The translations under genes and the position numbers were made by a program. A stretch of DNA of 64,000 bases from Oscillospiraceae bacterium (GTDB lineage: Bacteria; Bacillota; Clostridia; Oscillospirales; UBA929): contig WRIZ01000002.1 of NCBI GenBank assembly GCA_009782475.1, positions 1 through 64,000 of the forward strand, written 5' to 3'. Of the stretch, positions 18,423-27,887 are shown piece after piece (position 1 is the first letter of the stretch; each line of letters starts with the position of its first letter). The notes under the pieces were generated by a model. That model was not told where the DNA came from. It did not search any database and was given only the letters and a program-made list of their open reading frames with translations.

Positions 18423-18623
18423 TCATTCCTCTGATGTAAAGGACAATGAGACAGCTTCGCCGTCTTTCATGGTCAGCAGCATATCGATCAAGCTCTTTAC
18501 AATGACCTTCGTCTCGGGCGGTTCGGCTTCATCCGCCTTTTTGCGGAGGCGGCAAATCGTCTCGGAAAGTGTGCCGGCGTGGAAAGCGCAGAGTACATTC
18601 ATTTCTTTTGCGGTCAGATTCAT
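18423..18623 (-). CDS. hypothetical small protein (66 aa)
   Basis: Short ORF with no recognisable domain. Weak support. Confidence 0.25.
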   Translation of the reverse strand: MNLTAKEMNVLCAFHAGTLSETICRLRKKADEAEPPETKVIVKSLIDMLLTMKDGEAVSLSFTSEE

Positions 18624-18670
18624 GATTGATAACCCCCCGCCGTAGTATGTGCCGTCGCGGCGGGTTCACA

Positions 18671-18700
18671 CTTGACAAAAAGTTCCCAACTGTGATATGC
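18671..18700 (+). promoter_or_regulatory. sigma-A-type promoter upstream of pyrB (TTGACA, 18-bp spacer, extended -10 TGaTATGCT)
   Basis: Sequence match only. Confidence 0.45.
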
Positions 18701-18737
18701 TCATGAAAATGCACAGGGGAGAGGTGTGTCCGCGCCG

Positions 18738-19658
18738 ATGAAAAGCCTAATCAACACACTGGATTTTTCGGTTAAAGAGCAGGATGAACTGTTGGCATTG
18801 GCAAACCGCATGGCGGCTTCTCCGAAGGATTATAATGAATTGCTCAAAGGACGTATTATGGCGTCCTTATTTTTTGAGCCGAGCACGCGGACACGCCTCA
18901 GTTTTGAATCGGCCATGCTCCGGCTTGGCGGCCGGGTGATCGGGTTTTCCGACGGGTCGCTGTCTTCAACGGCCAAAGGCGAGAGCTTATCCGATACGAT
19001 ACGGATGGTCAGCCATTACGCCGACTGCATCGTTATCCGCCATTCCAAAGAGGGGGCGGCTCAGGTCGCCCAGACCCACGCCTCCGTTCCGGTCATCAAT
19101 GCCGGGGACGGCGGCCGCGAGCATCCGACGCAGACATTGACCGACTTGATGACCATATTGAAGGTGAAGAACCGTTTGGACAATTTAACCGTCGGCTGTG
19201 TGGGGGACTTAAAATTCGGGCGGACGGTGCATTCGCTGGTCAAAAACATCGGGCGGTATCCCGGCGTCCGTTTTCTCTTCGTTTCTCCCGGCGAACTGCG
19301 CATCCCTGCATTTCTGCGTACTTACTTAGACGAATTGCGCATCCCGTATGAAGAATCCTCCCATATGGAGGCCGCGCTCGGGCTGATGGACGTGCTGTAC
19401 ATGACCCGTGTCCAGCGGGAGCGGTTTTTCAACGAGGAAGAATACATCCGGCTCAAAGATATGTTCATCCTGAACAGTCAAAAACTTGAAAACGCCGGGA
19501 AAGAGTTGGCCATCCTGCACCCGCTGCCGCGCGTCAACGAGATCGCCTATGACGTGGACGATGACCCGCGCGCCGTTTATTTCGATCAGGCGGGTTACGG
19601 CGTGTTCGCCCGCATGGCGCTTTTGGCATGGCTGCTGGACGGAAAGGAGCTGGGGTAA
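18738..19658 (+). CDS. pyrB: aspartate carbamoyltransferase catalytic subunit
   Basis: STRTR motif (FFEPSTRTRLSFE), HPTQ, HPLP. About 307 aa. Confidence 0.9.
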   Translation: MKSLINTLDFSVKEQDELLALANRMAASPKDYNELLKGRIMASLFFEPSTRTRLSFESAMLRLGGRVIGFSDGSLSSTAKGESLSDTIRMVSHYADCIVIRHSKEGAAQVAQTHASVPVINAGDGGREHPTQTLTDLMTILKVKNRLDNLTVGCVGDLKFGRTVHSLVKNIGRYPGVRFLFVSPGELRIPAFLRTYLDELRIPYEESSHMEAALGLMDVLYMTRVQRERFFNEEEYIRLKDMFILNSQKLENAGKELAILHPLPRVNEIAYDVDDDPRAVYFDQAGYGVFARMALLAWLLDGKELG

Positions 19659-20099
19659 ATGGCAGGTCAGCGTTTGGTCAATTCGATCGAAAAAGGGATC
19701 GTCATCGATCACATCCAAGCCGGTATGGGGATCAAACTGTTCCGCTATCTCAACTTGGACAAAGCCGGTTTCACCGTTGTGATGATCATGAACGCCGCTT
19801 CCAAACGCATGGGGCGGAAAGACATCATCAAAATACAGGACATCACCGACCTGGACTATACCGTGATCGGGCTGATCGATCACCGCGCGACCATATCGGT
19901 CATAGACGGCGGGAAAATCATTGCGAAAAAACCGCTGACCCTTCCCTCAACGGTTCAAAATGTGCTGTATTGCAAAAATCCGCGCTGCGTCACAGCCACA
20001 GAAAAACAGATGCCGCATATTTTCCGGCTTCAAAACGCCGGAGAACGCATTTATAAATGCGCCTATTGCGAGGAATATGTCAACGGGTTTGAGCTGTAG
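19659..20099 (+). CDS. pyrI: aspartate carbamoyltransferase regulatory subunit
   Basis: Starts at the pyrB stop. The C-terminal zinc domain is CKNPRCVTATE...YKCAYCEEY. Confidence 0.85.
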   Translation: MAGQRLVNSIEKGIVIDHIQAGMGIKLFRYLNLDKAGFTVVMIMNAASKRMGRKDIIKIQDITDLDYTVIGLIDHRATISVIDGGKIIAKKPLTLPSTVQNVLYCKNPRCVTATEKQMPHIFRLQNAGERIYKCAYCEEYVNGFEL

Positions 20100-20177
20100 C
20101 GAAGTTTGATTTGCATAAGCCGGCCGAGTATGATACAATAACAGATAAGCGATATAACTATATGGAGGGTGCGGGTT

Positions 20178-21113
20178 ATGGCCGAGCGGAGAAAGAACAA
20201 TACGGTTACCACCACATCGGATGACGGTACAAGCATACTCGAACTGCTGGAATTTACAATCGCCGGGAACCTTTTCGGGATCAATGTGGCTAAGGTGACC
20301 GAAATCATGCAATACAGGCCGATCACACACATGCCTTCGTCACATCCGTGTGTTGAAGGAGTCTTCAAACCGCGCGATGAAGTCATCACCGTGGTCGATC
20401 TGCCGCGCTACATGGGGCTGCCCGCCAATGAGGACGCCGAACGGGATATGCTGATGCTGACCAATTTCAGCAGCATGAACGCGGCTTTCCATGTCCATAC
20501 GGTGGAAGCGATGCACCGGATCAAATGGAGCGATGTGGAAAAACCGGACGCGACCATTTACGGCGGCAACGACAGTTTGGTCACAGGAAACGCCAAAATT
20601 GGTCAGAAACTGGTAACGATTATCGACTTTGAACGGATCCTCTTCGATATAAATCCCGAAACAGGACTTCAGATTTCCGAAATATCCGATATTGATACCC
20701 GGGAGCGAAGCGAAAAACCCATCGTGATTGCCGAGGACTCCGTCTTCCTGCAAAGGATGCTTTTGGAAGCGCTGCACGCGGCGGGGTATTCCAATGTCCG
20801 CGCCTTCAACAGCGGCCAGGACGCGTGGGATCATTTGGAGATTATGCGGGATGACTGCGAGGGGGGCGGCATCCCGGTTGAAACCAAAGTCGCGGCCGTG
20901 ATCACCGATATAGAAATGCCTAGAATGGACGGCCATCATCTGACAAAATTGATCAAAACCGATAAAACACTCGGCAAAATCCCCGTCATGGTTTTCTCCA
21001 GCCTAATCGACGATTCCATGCGGACGCGAGGCGAGGCCATAGGCGTTGACGCCCATTTGTCAAAACCCCAAATCGGCCAGCTTGTTTCAACGCTCGATAG
21101 GTTGATCTTGTAG
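20178..21113 (+). CDS. cheV: chemotaxis protein CheV (CheW-like domain plus response-regulator receiver)
   Basis: N-terminal CheW domain (ILELLEFTIAGNLFGINVAKVTEIMQ). C-terminal REC with Asp (VITDIEMPRMDG). GGAGGG RBS. Confidence 0.75.
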   Translation: MAERRKNNTVTTTSDDGTSILELLEFTIAGNLFGINVAKVTEIMQYRPITHMPSSHPCVEGVFKPRDEVITVVDLPRYMGLPANEDAERDMLMLTNFSSMNAAFHVHTVEAMHRIKWSDVEKPDATIYGGNDSLVTGNAKIGQKLVTIIDFERILFDINPETGLQISEISDIDTRERSEKPIVIAEDSVFLQRMLLEALHAAGYSNVRAFNSGQDAWDHLEIMRDDCEGGGIPVETKVAAVITDIEMPRMDGHHLTKLIKTDKTLGKIPVMVFSSLIDDSMRTRGEAIGVDAHLSKPQIGQLVSTLDRLIL

Positions 21114-22013
21114 TCAATTTTTCCGCCGCGGCGGCATTTGGGACAATAGAATACCGATGAAAATCACCGCGCCGCCCAAGTATTTTTGGGCGGTCATTGT
21201 TTCGCCCAGCCACACCGTTTCGCTGACGGCGGCAAAGAGTGCCTCCAGCGAAAAAATGATGGCCGCCTTCGACGGTTCTACGCCGCGCTGCCCCAATATC
21301 TGAAAGGTATACGCCGTGCCGCAGGCGAAAATCCCGCCGAAGAGGAGAGGCAATATCCCGTCATAAATCCCCTGAACGGTCACCGTTTCAAACAAAAACG
21401 CGCTGGGCATACAGAGAACGGAGCAAACGGCAAATTGCACGGCGGCAAACCGGATGGGGCTCACGCTATGAACAAAACGGTCAATGAAGAGGATATGCGC
21501 CGCCCAAAAGACCGCCCCGATCACCAATAGAATGTCACTGATCTTGATGGACGATATGCCCTCCGGCCCGATGCTGATCAATGCCAAACCGCCAAAGGCC
21601 AAAACGGCGGCGATCCACACCAGCGGGCGTGCCTTACGGCCTAAGAATAGACCGAGCAGGGGGGTAAAAACGATATACAGCCCGGTGATGAACCCCGCTT
21701 CGCTGGCCGAACCCGGCTCTTTGTTAAGGATGATGCCGAATTGCTGCAAATTTGACGCGATGAAAAGGATGCCGCCCCCGCCGATCCCCGCCAGGATGGT
21801 GCGGCGGCTTTTTGCCCGATCCGGCTTCTTCTCAAAAATCAGGATGACCGGCAGCAGCGAAAGAATGCCCAACGCAAAACGCAGCCCGTTGTATGTAAAC
21901 GACCCCATGTGATAACCGGCCAGCTTTTGCGTGACAAAGGTCGTGCCCCAAATCGCGGAGGCACAAAAAACAAAGACAGTTGGCAGAACACGCCCTGTCT
22001 TTGCCGTATTCGG
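21114..22013 (-). CDS. DMT-superfamily (EamA-like) transporter
   Basis: Ten hydrophobic helices and a duplicated EamA-like architecture. The start is uncertain because there is no ATG near the first helix. The 354-aa track ORF extends further upstream. Confidence 0.65.
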   Translation of the reverse strand, partial: PNTAKTGRVLPTVFVFCASAIWGTTFVTQKLAGYHMGSFTYNGLRFALGILSLLPVILIFEKKPDRAKSRRTILAGIGGGGILFIASNLQQFGIILNKEPGSASEAGFITGLYIVFTPLLGLFLGRKARPLVWIAAVLAFGGLALISIGPEGISSIKISDILLVIGAVFWAAHILFIDRFVHSVSPIRFAAVQFAVCSVLCMPSAFLFETVTVQGIYDGILPLLFGGIFACGTAYTFQILGQRGVEPSKAAIIFSLEALFAAVSETVWLGETMTAQKYLGGAVIFIGILLSQMPPRRKN

Positions 22014-22035
22014 TTGTGTATCTTTGTTCAAAGGC

Positions 22036-22794
22036 TTATAAAATGCTCTGCAAAAACTGTTTGGCGCGCGGGTTCTGCGGGTTTGTAAACAGCTCGTCCG
22101 GGCTGCCTTCTTCCGCCGCCACCCCGTCGCACATAAAGACGACCCGGTTGGCCGCTTCCCGCGCAAACCCCATTTCATGCGTCACCACGATCATCGTCAT
22201 ACCGCTTTTGGCGAGATTCTTCATAACGCCCAGCACTTCGCCCACCAGTTCGGGGTCAAGCGCGCTGGTCGGTTCGTCAAAGAGCATGATCTCGGGGTGC
22301 ATGGCCAATGCCCGTGCGATCGCCATGCGCTGCTGCTGCCCGCCCGAGAGTTTGGACGGGTATTCGTTGATTTTGTCGCTCAGCCCCACCTTTTCAAGCT
22401 GTTCTTCGGCCAGCTTGCGGGCTTCGGTTTTGGATACGCCGCCCACATGCACCGGAGCCAGCATGACATTCTCGGCCGCCGTCAGGTGAGGGAAGAGGTT
22501 GAACCGCTGAAAAACCATCCCCATTTTGAGCAGCAGGCGGGCGTGCTCTTTATGAGGGAGTTTGCTCTTCATATGCCCGTGATGCCATTCCTCCACGAGG
22601 ATGTCGTCAATATAGAGCTTACCGCTGGTGATTGTTTCCAAATGGTTGAGGGCGCGCAGATAGGTTGATTTGCCCGCGCCGGAGGGGCCGATGATGGCCA
22701 GCACCTCGCCCTGCTCGACAGATAAAGACACATCCTTCAGCACTTCCAGCTGCCCGAAGGATTTGCACAGATTTTCCGTTCTTACGACCGACAC
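22036..22794 (-). CDS. polar amino-acid ABC transporter ATP-binding protein
   Basis: Walker [10 protein letters not shown], signature [16 protein letters not shown], Walker [12 protein letters not shown]. Confidence 0.9.
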   Translation of the reverse strand: MSVVRTENLCKSFGQLEVLKDVSLSVEQGEVLAIIGPSGAGKSTYLRALNHLETITSGKLYIDDILVEEWHHGHMKSKLPHKEHARLLLKMGMVFQRFNLFPHLTAAENVMLAPVHVGGVSKTEARKLAEEQLEKVGLSDKINEYPSKLSGGQQQRMAIARALAMHPEIMLFDEPTSALDPELVGEVLGVMKNLAKSGMTMIVVTHEMGFAREAANRVVFMCDGVAAEEGSPDELFTNPQNPRAKQFLQSIL

Positions 22795-22806
22795 TTTGAT
22801 AAACCT

Positions 22807-23784
22807 CTATTCATATCTGGAGAGTCTTTCTTCCAAGCGGTTGAACACCGACGTGAACACGCTGGTCATGACCAAATACAAAGCCATCGCGGGGATAAAG
22901 ACAAGGGTTGTGTTGTTGCTGGATTGGATTTTCCGGGTTTGGCTGGTCAGATCCATCAGCCCGATGACGAAAACAAGGGATGTATCTTTCAAAACCATGA
23001 CAAATTCGTTGCAGATAGGCGGGATCATGCGCCTGTATGCCTGCGGGATGATGACAAGCCGCATGGCCTGCGCGTAGCTGAGCCCCAGGGCTTTGCTCGC
23101 CTCCATTTGGCCTTTGTCGATGGATTGGATGGCGGCGCGGATGATCTCGGCCACGTAGGCCGCGATGTTGAGCGTAAACGCGATAAACGCCGCCATATAC
23201 CGGCTTTGAATGGTCAGAGCCGAGTGTATGAGCGGCAATCCGTAGTAGATAAAGAAAATCTGCATGAGCAGCGGTGTGCCGCGGAAGAAGAAGACATAAG
23301 CGTTGCTGAGGTTTCTGGTGATAAAGTTTTTCGATAATTTTCCGAGTGCCAAGAAGACGGAAAGAATAAGAGCCGCGCAGACCGAGAGGACGGTGAGCGA
23401 CAGGGTGATCCAGCTTGCGTTCAGCAAGGCCGGCATCCAGCTGATGATTTTCTCCAAAGCCGAAGGCATCCGCAAAAAAGTGTAATCCTCAAAAATGATT
23501 TTATCACCGCTGCGGAGCCCGTTCATGACCTGGCGCAATCCCAAAGCGTGGGCTTCCGCCGGCGGGAATGTGATTTCCACCACATCCCCGCTGGCGGTAA
23601 ATGTGCCTGTTAACAGATCGCCTTTCAGACTGGTCAGTGTCACCGAATCTCCTGAGAAATCCAGCTTGACGCGGGCGGGACGCAATACGTCCTCTTCATA
23701 CAACCCCGACAATGAGCCGGAAGCGCAGGAAGAAACCGCCAGCATGATCAAGACCGCCGCTATGACGACCGCTGCTTTTCTCAT
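22807..23784 (-). CDS. amino-acid ABC transporter permease with an N-terminal ~100-aa extracytoplasmic extension
   Basis: His/Glu/Gln-type permease motif (FRGTPLLMQIFFIYYGLP). The N-terminal signal-anchor and extra domain are unusual. Confidence 0.8.
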   Translation of the reverse strand: MRKAAVVIAAVLIMLAVSSCASGSLSGLYEEDVLRPARVKLDFSGDSVTLTSLKGDLLTGTFTASGDVVEITFPPAEAHALGLRQVMNGLRSGDKIIFEDYTFLRMPSALEKIISWMPALLNASWITLSLTVLSVCAALILSVFLALGKLSKNFITRNLSNAYVFFFRGTPLLMQIFFIYYGLPLIHSALTIQSRYMAAFIAFTLNIAAYVAEIIRAAIQSIDKGQMEASKALGLSYAQAMRLVIIPQAYRRMIPPICNEFVMVLKDTSLVFVIGLMDLTSQTRKIQSSNNTTLVFIPAMALYLVMTSVFTSVFNRLEERLSRYE

Positions 23785-24653
23785 TAGTTCTTAACCACGA
23801 TGCAAAGGGCGTTGGCTACATAGGGCTGGGTGAGCAGATGCCGCTGCTGGCGGGGAACGGTGATGCTGACCGAGGACATGATGCAGTCAAAATCGCCCCG
23901 CTCCACGCTGTCGAAAATGCCGTCCCAAGCCGTGTCGATGACTTTGTGTTCCAGCCCGAGCAGATCGGCAATGGCTTTACCCACGTCAATGTCAAAACCG
24001 ATGGGGGTTGTGCCGTCTCTGTCGTAATACTCCATCGGGGGATACCCAATGTCGGCGCCGACTGAAAAGACGCCGGGCGTCCTGAGGTCATCGTCGCTGA
24101 CCGGGGGAATGACCGGCTCGGACGTGACATTGCGCAATCCGGCCGTAAGGTCTTCACCGAAATGCTTCCTTGAGATATTAGCCATTTCACCGTTGTAATA
24201 CAATGTATCGACAGCGGCTTCGATCGCGGCAAGCAGGTTTTCCGAGTTTTTATCCAAGCAGATGCCCAGCGGTTCGGCTTCGTCGCTGAGCCAAACGCGT
24301 TGGTATTCGGTGCTTCCCGTTGTGTAGAAAGCGGCAACCACACTGTCTACATAAACAGCGTCTACCCGGCCGATTTTCAGGTCGTCAAAACAGTTGATGA
24401 CCTGCGGATAACGGAATACGTCGATGTCCATACCGTCGTCGATCATGAGGGCAATGCTTTCGTCGGCGGTGGTTTCATCCTGAACGGCGATTTTCTTTCC
24501 GGCAAAGTCGGCGGGGCTTTTAATGCCCCCGCTTCCGGCACCGATATTGCTGCCGTCGCCGGCGCCGCTTCCGCCGTCGGTGCTGCCTTCGGAGCAGGCC
24601 GCGGCCGAAGCGAGCAGAATGACCGAAATAAGAAGTGCGAAGATGCGTTTCAT
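23784..24653 (-). CDS. amino-acid ABC transporter substrate-binding lipoprotein
   Basis: Lipobox LLASAAAC, periplasmic-binding-protein family 3 pattern. Same operon as the permease and ATPase. Confidence 0.85.
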   Translation of the reverse strand: MKRIFALLISVILLASAAACSEGSTDGGSGAGDGSNIGAGSGGIKSPADFAGKKIAVQDETTADESIALMIDDGMDIDVFRYPQVINCFDDLKIGRVDAVYVDSVVAAFYTTGSTEYQRVWLSDEAEPLGICLDKNSENLLAAIEAAVDTLYYNGEMANISRKHFGEDLTAGLRNVTSEPVIPPVSDDDLRTPGVFSVGADIGYPPMEYYDRDGTTPIGFDIDVGKAIADLLGLEHKVIDTAWDGIFDSVERGDFDCIMSSVSITVPRQQRHLLTQPYVANALCIVVKN

Positions 24654-24783
24654 GTTTTTTCCTCCTATATTTTTGCTGACGCAAAGTATGTCGATTATTA
24701 TACATCAGCCAATCCCTGCCGTCAAGATAAATGTACAAGCGGTTTCCATATAACACCAAACCTTGAAATCCGTCGTTTTTTGT

Positions 24784-24812
24784 TTGACTTCCCTTGCCCT
24801 GTGGTGTAAAAT
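24784..24812 (+). promoter_or_regulatory. sigma-A-type promoter (TTGACT, 17-bp spacer, TAAAAT) for the zinc-ribbon/SPFH operon
   Basis: Good consensus match 33 nt upstream of the 24845 start. Confidence 0.45.
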
Positions 24813-24844
24813 TGAAAGTATATTGGGGGAGTGGGATCGAAGGC

Positions 24845-25435
24845 ATGGTTACTGCGTCAGTCATAGCGATCATTTTATTGCTCATTCTCGGAACAGTCGC
24901 GTTCATCTATTGGAGGATCAGGCGCGGATTGAAGAGAACGTTCGGTCAAGTCGGCCTTTCCCATATGATCAAGGCGGCCGATCTCAATTCGCAGCTGACG
25001 CCCAAGTCGGTCAGCGGGGGAGACGCGATCTTTCTGCCGCGGATATTGAAGGATTACCCGCAATTCAATGTCAATCTCGCTAAGAACGTGGTCGAGAACA
25101 ACATCCGCCAACTTTACGGAGCCGGGCATTTCGCCGATGTGAAGGTACATAGGACGACCATCTCCAACTACCAAAAGCATTACGGCTCTTCGGTCATCAA
25201 GTTCCAAACGGCGTTTCAATATAGCTCGGACAGGACTGTTCAGGAAAAGGCGGAGACGACATATACATTTAGGGTAAAGGACAAAGAAGGCGCGTCAAAC
25301 GCCGCCTTGCGGTGCGGCTACTGCGGAGCCCCGGTCGCCCGGCTGGGAAACAAATCCTGCACCTACTGCGGCAACGAGGTTATCTTGGATATGGAACAGG
25401 CTTGGGATATTACCGATGTGAATATCGTAAATTAG
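24845..25435 (+). CDS. membrane-anchored protein with a C-terminal zinc ribbon
   Basis: N-terminal TM helix (MVTASVIAIILLLILGTVAFIYW). C-terminal CGYCGAPV...CTYCGNEV. First gene of a tightly packed four-gene cluster. Confidence 0.5.
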   Translation: MVTASVIAIILLLILGTVAFIYWRIRRGLKRTFGQVGLSHMIKAADLNSQLTPKSVSGGDAIFLPRILKDYPQFNVNLAKNVVENNIRQLYGAGHFADVKVHRTTISNYQKHYGSSVIKFQTAFQYSSDRTVQEKAETTYTFRVKDKEGASNAALRCGYCGAPVARLGNKSCTYCGNEVILDMEQAWDITDVNIVN

Positions 25436-25452
25436 AATAGGAGGACAAACAA

Positions 25453-26787
25453 ATGGGACTGATCAAATCCATCATCGGCGCGGCGGGCGGAGTATTGGCG
25501 GATCAATGGGTAGACTTTTTCACCTGTGACGCCATGCCGCACGAGGTGCTGATGCGCCCCGGCACAAGGCCGCAGCAGGCGCGGAGCGGAAACACCAAAT
25601 ACTCGGAGAACATCATCAGCAACGGCTCCAAGATCAACGTGGCCGACGGCCAGTGTATGCTTATCATCGAGAACGGCAAGATCGCCGACTTCTGCGCCGA
25701 GCCCGGACAGTATACATACAACAACACCGTCGCGCCTTCGCTGCTGGGCGGCGGCTTTAAGGACTTAGGTGCGTCCTTCGCGCAGGTTGGGAAGCGGTTT
25801 TTGGCGGGCGGCGCGCCCACCGACCAGCAAAAAATCTACTATGTCAACACCAAAGAGATCATCGGCAACAAAATCGGCTGGGGCAACATTCCCTTCCGTG
25901 ATTCCGAATTCCAAATGACGGTGCGGGTGCAGGGTTTCGGGCAATACAGCTTCAAAATCACCAACCCGCTGCTATTCTACACCAACATTGTCGGCAACAA
26001 AGAAGGCGAATACCGCAGGGATGACCTCACCGCTATGATGAAGAGCGAAGTCATCTCCGCCCTCAATCCGGCGTTGGGTAAAATCGCCATGCAGAAGGTC
26101 TCCTACGATATGCTGATCAACTATCCCCGGGAAATCGGCAAGGCACTCAACGAGGAGATGTCGGCCGAGTGGTCGGAGCGCAGGGGCATTGAGATCGAAA
26201 GCCTCGCCATGGAGAGCGTCACGGTTGACGAGCAGTCGGCCAAGAAGATTGAGCAGCTTCAGGAAGCGCGTGCTCTCAGCAATCCAGCATTGGCCGCCGG
26301 GCGTTTGGTTGCCGGACAGGCGACGGCAATGGAACAGGCGTCGGCCAACGAAGGTTCGGGCGGCGCGATGGGTGCTTTCATCGGCATGGGTATGGCGCAG
26401 AACGCCGGGGGGATGAACGCCAACAGCCTCTTCCAAATGGGTCAGCAGCAGGGCGTTCCGCAGCAGCCGGACAATCCCGCGTCACAACCAGTCCCGGCAA
26501 CCCCGCCGCTCCCGCCCGCACCCGCCGCCGGAGGAGCCGAAGGATGGACATGCGGAGAATGCAATCACGCCGGAAACACAGGCAAGTTTTGCATGGAGTG
26601 CGGAGCGAAACAACCCGAATCCCCGGCCGGATGGACTTGCACAGCCTGCAATCACGCCGGGAACACGGGCAAATTCTGTATGGAATGCGGTGCCAAAAGG
26701 GCTGTGGCCTGCCCCGGATGCGGCTGGGCCGCCCCCGATGCCGATGCCGCGCCGAAATTCTGCCCCGAGTGCGGGACAAAAATGTGA
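25453..26787 (+). CDS. SPFH/Band-7-like domain protein (B. subtilis YdjI-like; COG4260, labelled virion core protein in some databases) with three C-terminal zinc ribbons
   Basis: N-terminus MGLIKSIIGAAGG and an SPFH-like body, then a Pro-rich linker, then 2x GWTC..CNHAGNTGKFCMECGAK plus a third degenerate ribbon. Confidence 0.55.
   Translation: MGLIKSIIGAAGGVLADQWVDFFTCDAMPHEVLMRPGTRPQQARSGNTKYSENIISNGSKINVADGQCMLIIENGKIADFCAEPGQYTYNNTVAPSLLGGGFKDLGASFAQVGKRFLAGGAPTDQQKIYYVNTKEIIGNKIGWGNIPFRDSEFQMTVRVQGFGQYSFKITNPLLFYTNIVGNKEGEYRRDDLTAMMKSEVISALNPALGKIAMQKVSYDMLINYPREIGKALNEEMSAEWSERRGIEIESLAMESVTVDEQSAKKIEQLQEARALSNPALAAGRLVAGQATAMEQASANEGSGGAMGAFIGMGMAQNAGGMNANSLFQMGQQQGVPQQPDNPASQPVPATPPLPPAPAAGGAEGWTCGECNHAGNTGKFCMECGAKQPESPAGWTCTACNHAGNTGKFCMECGAKRAVACPGCGWAAPDADAAPKFCPECGTKM
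26536..26760 (+). repeat. intragenic tandem triplication encoding zinc-ribbon modules (~87-bp period)
   Basis: ggatggacatgcggagaatgcaatcacgccggaaacacaggcaagttttgcatggagtgcgg versus ggatggacttgcacagcctgcaatcacgccgggaacacgggcaaattctgtatggaatgcgg. The third copy is diverged. Confidence 0.7.
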
Positions 26788-26793
26788 GGGTGA

Positions 26794-27873
26794 ATGATGC
26801 CGTCAACATTAAAATGCTCCAACTGCGGCGGTGACCTGAAATTCACCCCCGCTTTGCAGCTGTGGAAATGCGAATGGTGTGATCAGGAACATACCGAGAA
26901 AGACTTACAGGGTTTTACCGAGCAAGCCGAGCAAGCCCTGAATGAAACGGTTGCCGTCAAAGTAGAGCGCGAGGAGACGGACGACGGCGTGACCGTGACC
27001 TATAAATGCGGCTACTGCGGGGCAGAGGTGGTCACGACAGAGGAGACGTCGCAGACCTTCTGCCTCTACTGCCAGCGGCCTGTCACCATCCTGAGCCAGG
27101 TTTCCGGCACCTTCAAACCCGAAGCGGTTCTGCCTTTCCGGCACACCAAAGAGAAGGCTTTGGAAGCGTTCAAAGAGTTTTTGAAAGGCAAACGGTTTTT
27201 GCCGGATTCGTATAAAGCCAATCAGAACATCGAAAAGCTGCGGGGGGTCTATATCCCGCACTGGCTGTTTGAAGGGACGGTTCATTTCAGTGTGCAGGGG
27301 GAAGGCGACGTTGTCACCACCACCCGCCAGGGCGATTACCGCATTACAAAAACCGACACATACCGGGTCGTCCGGGTGGGGTACATCGGGGTCAAAGACG
27401 TCCCGGTCGACGCCTCCTCCAAAACCCCCGACGACATGATGGATTCGATCGAACCGTATGATTTCAGCGGCTTAAAACCGTTTGCCACGCCGTATCTGTC
27501 GGGGTTTTTGGCCGAGCGGTACGACGTCTCGCAGGATGAATCCTTACCCCGAGCCGATAAACGGTGCAAGGGTTCGGCGGAAAACAAACTGAGGGGTTCG
27601 CTGACCCGGTATAGCATTGTGCGGCGTCAAAAAGACGAGAAACGGATAGAGAACATGAAGGCGCGGTATAGCTTGCTCCCTGTTTGGATGCTGCACTCGT
27701 GGCACGAGGGGAAGGATTATCCTTTCGCCATGAACGGCCAAACGGGCAAGATTTTAGGCAATCTGCCGCTTGATAAAGGGAAAATGGTTAAATTCGGGGC
27801 ATTGATATTCGGCATCAGCGGCACTGTCAGCGGGGTTGTCGGTGCGTTGCTGAAATATTTTGAAGTTTTTTAG
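26794..27873 (+). CDS. double zinc-ribbon protein with a C-terminal transmembrane anchor (B. subtilis YdjG-like)
   Basis: KCSNCGG...WKCEWCDQEH and YKCGYCGAEV...CLYCQRPV. Then a globular domain. The C-terminal hydrophobic helix is FGALIFGISGTVSGVVGALL. Confidence 0.5.
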   Translation: MMPSTLKCSNCGGDLKFTPALQLWKCEWCDQEHTEKDLQGFTEQAEQALNETVAVKVEREETDDGVTVTYKCGYCGAEVVTTEETSQTFCLYCQRPVTILSQVSGTFKPEAVLPFRHTKEKALEAFKEFLKGKRFLPDSYKANQNIEKLRGVYIPHWLFEGTVHFSVQGEGDVVTTTRQGDYRITKTDTYRVVRVGYIGVKDVPVDASSKTPDDMMDSIEPYDFSGLKPFATPYLSGFLAERYDVSQDESLPRADKRCKGSAENKLRGSLTRYSIVRRQKDEKRIENMKARYSLLPVWMLHSWHEGKDYPFAMNGQTGKILGNLPLDKGKMVKFGALIFGISGTVSGVVGALLKYFEVF

Positions 27874-27887
27874 GAGGGTTACCAATC

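Noticed and set aside
19326-20056. ORFs 19326..19883(-) and 19628..20056(+) overlapping pyrB/pyrI
   Set aside because: These are alternative-frame artefacts of GC-rich coding sequence. pyrI is confidently in another frame.
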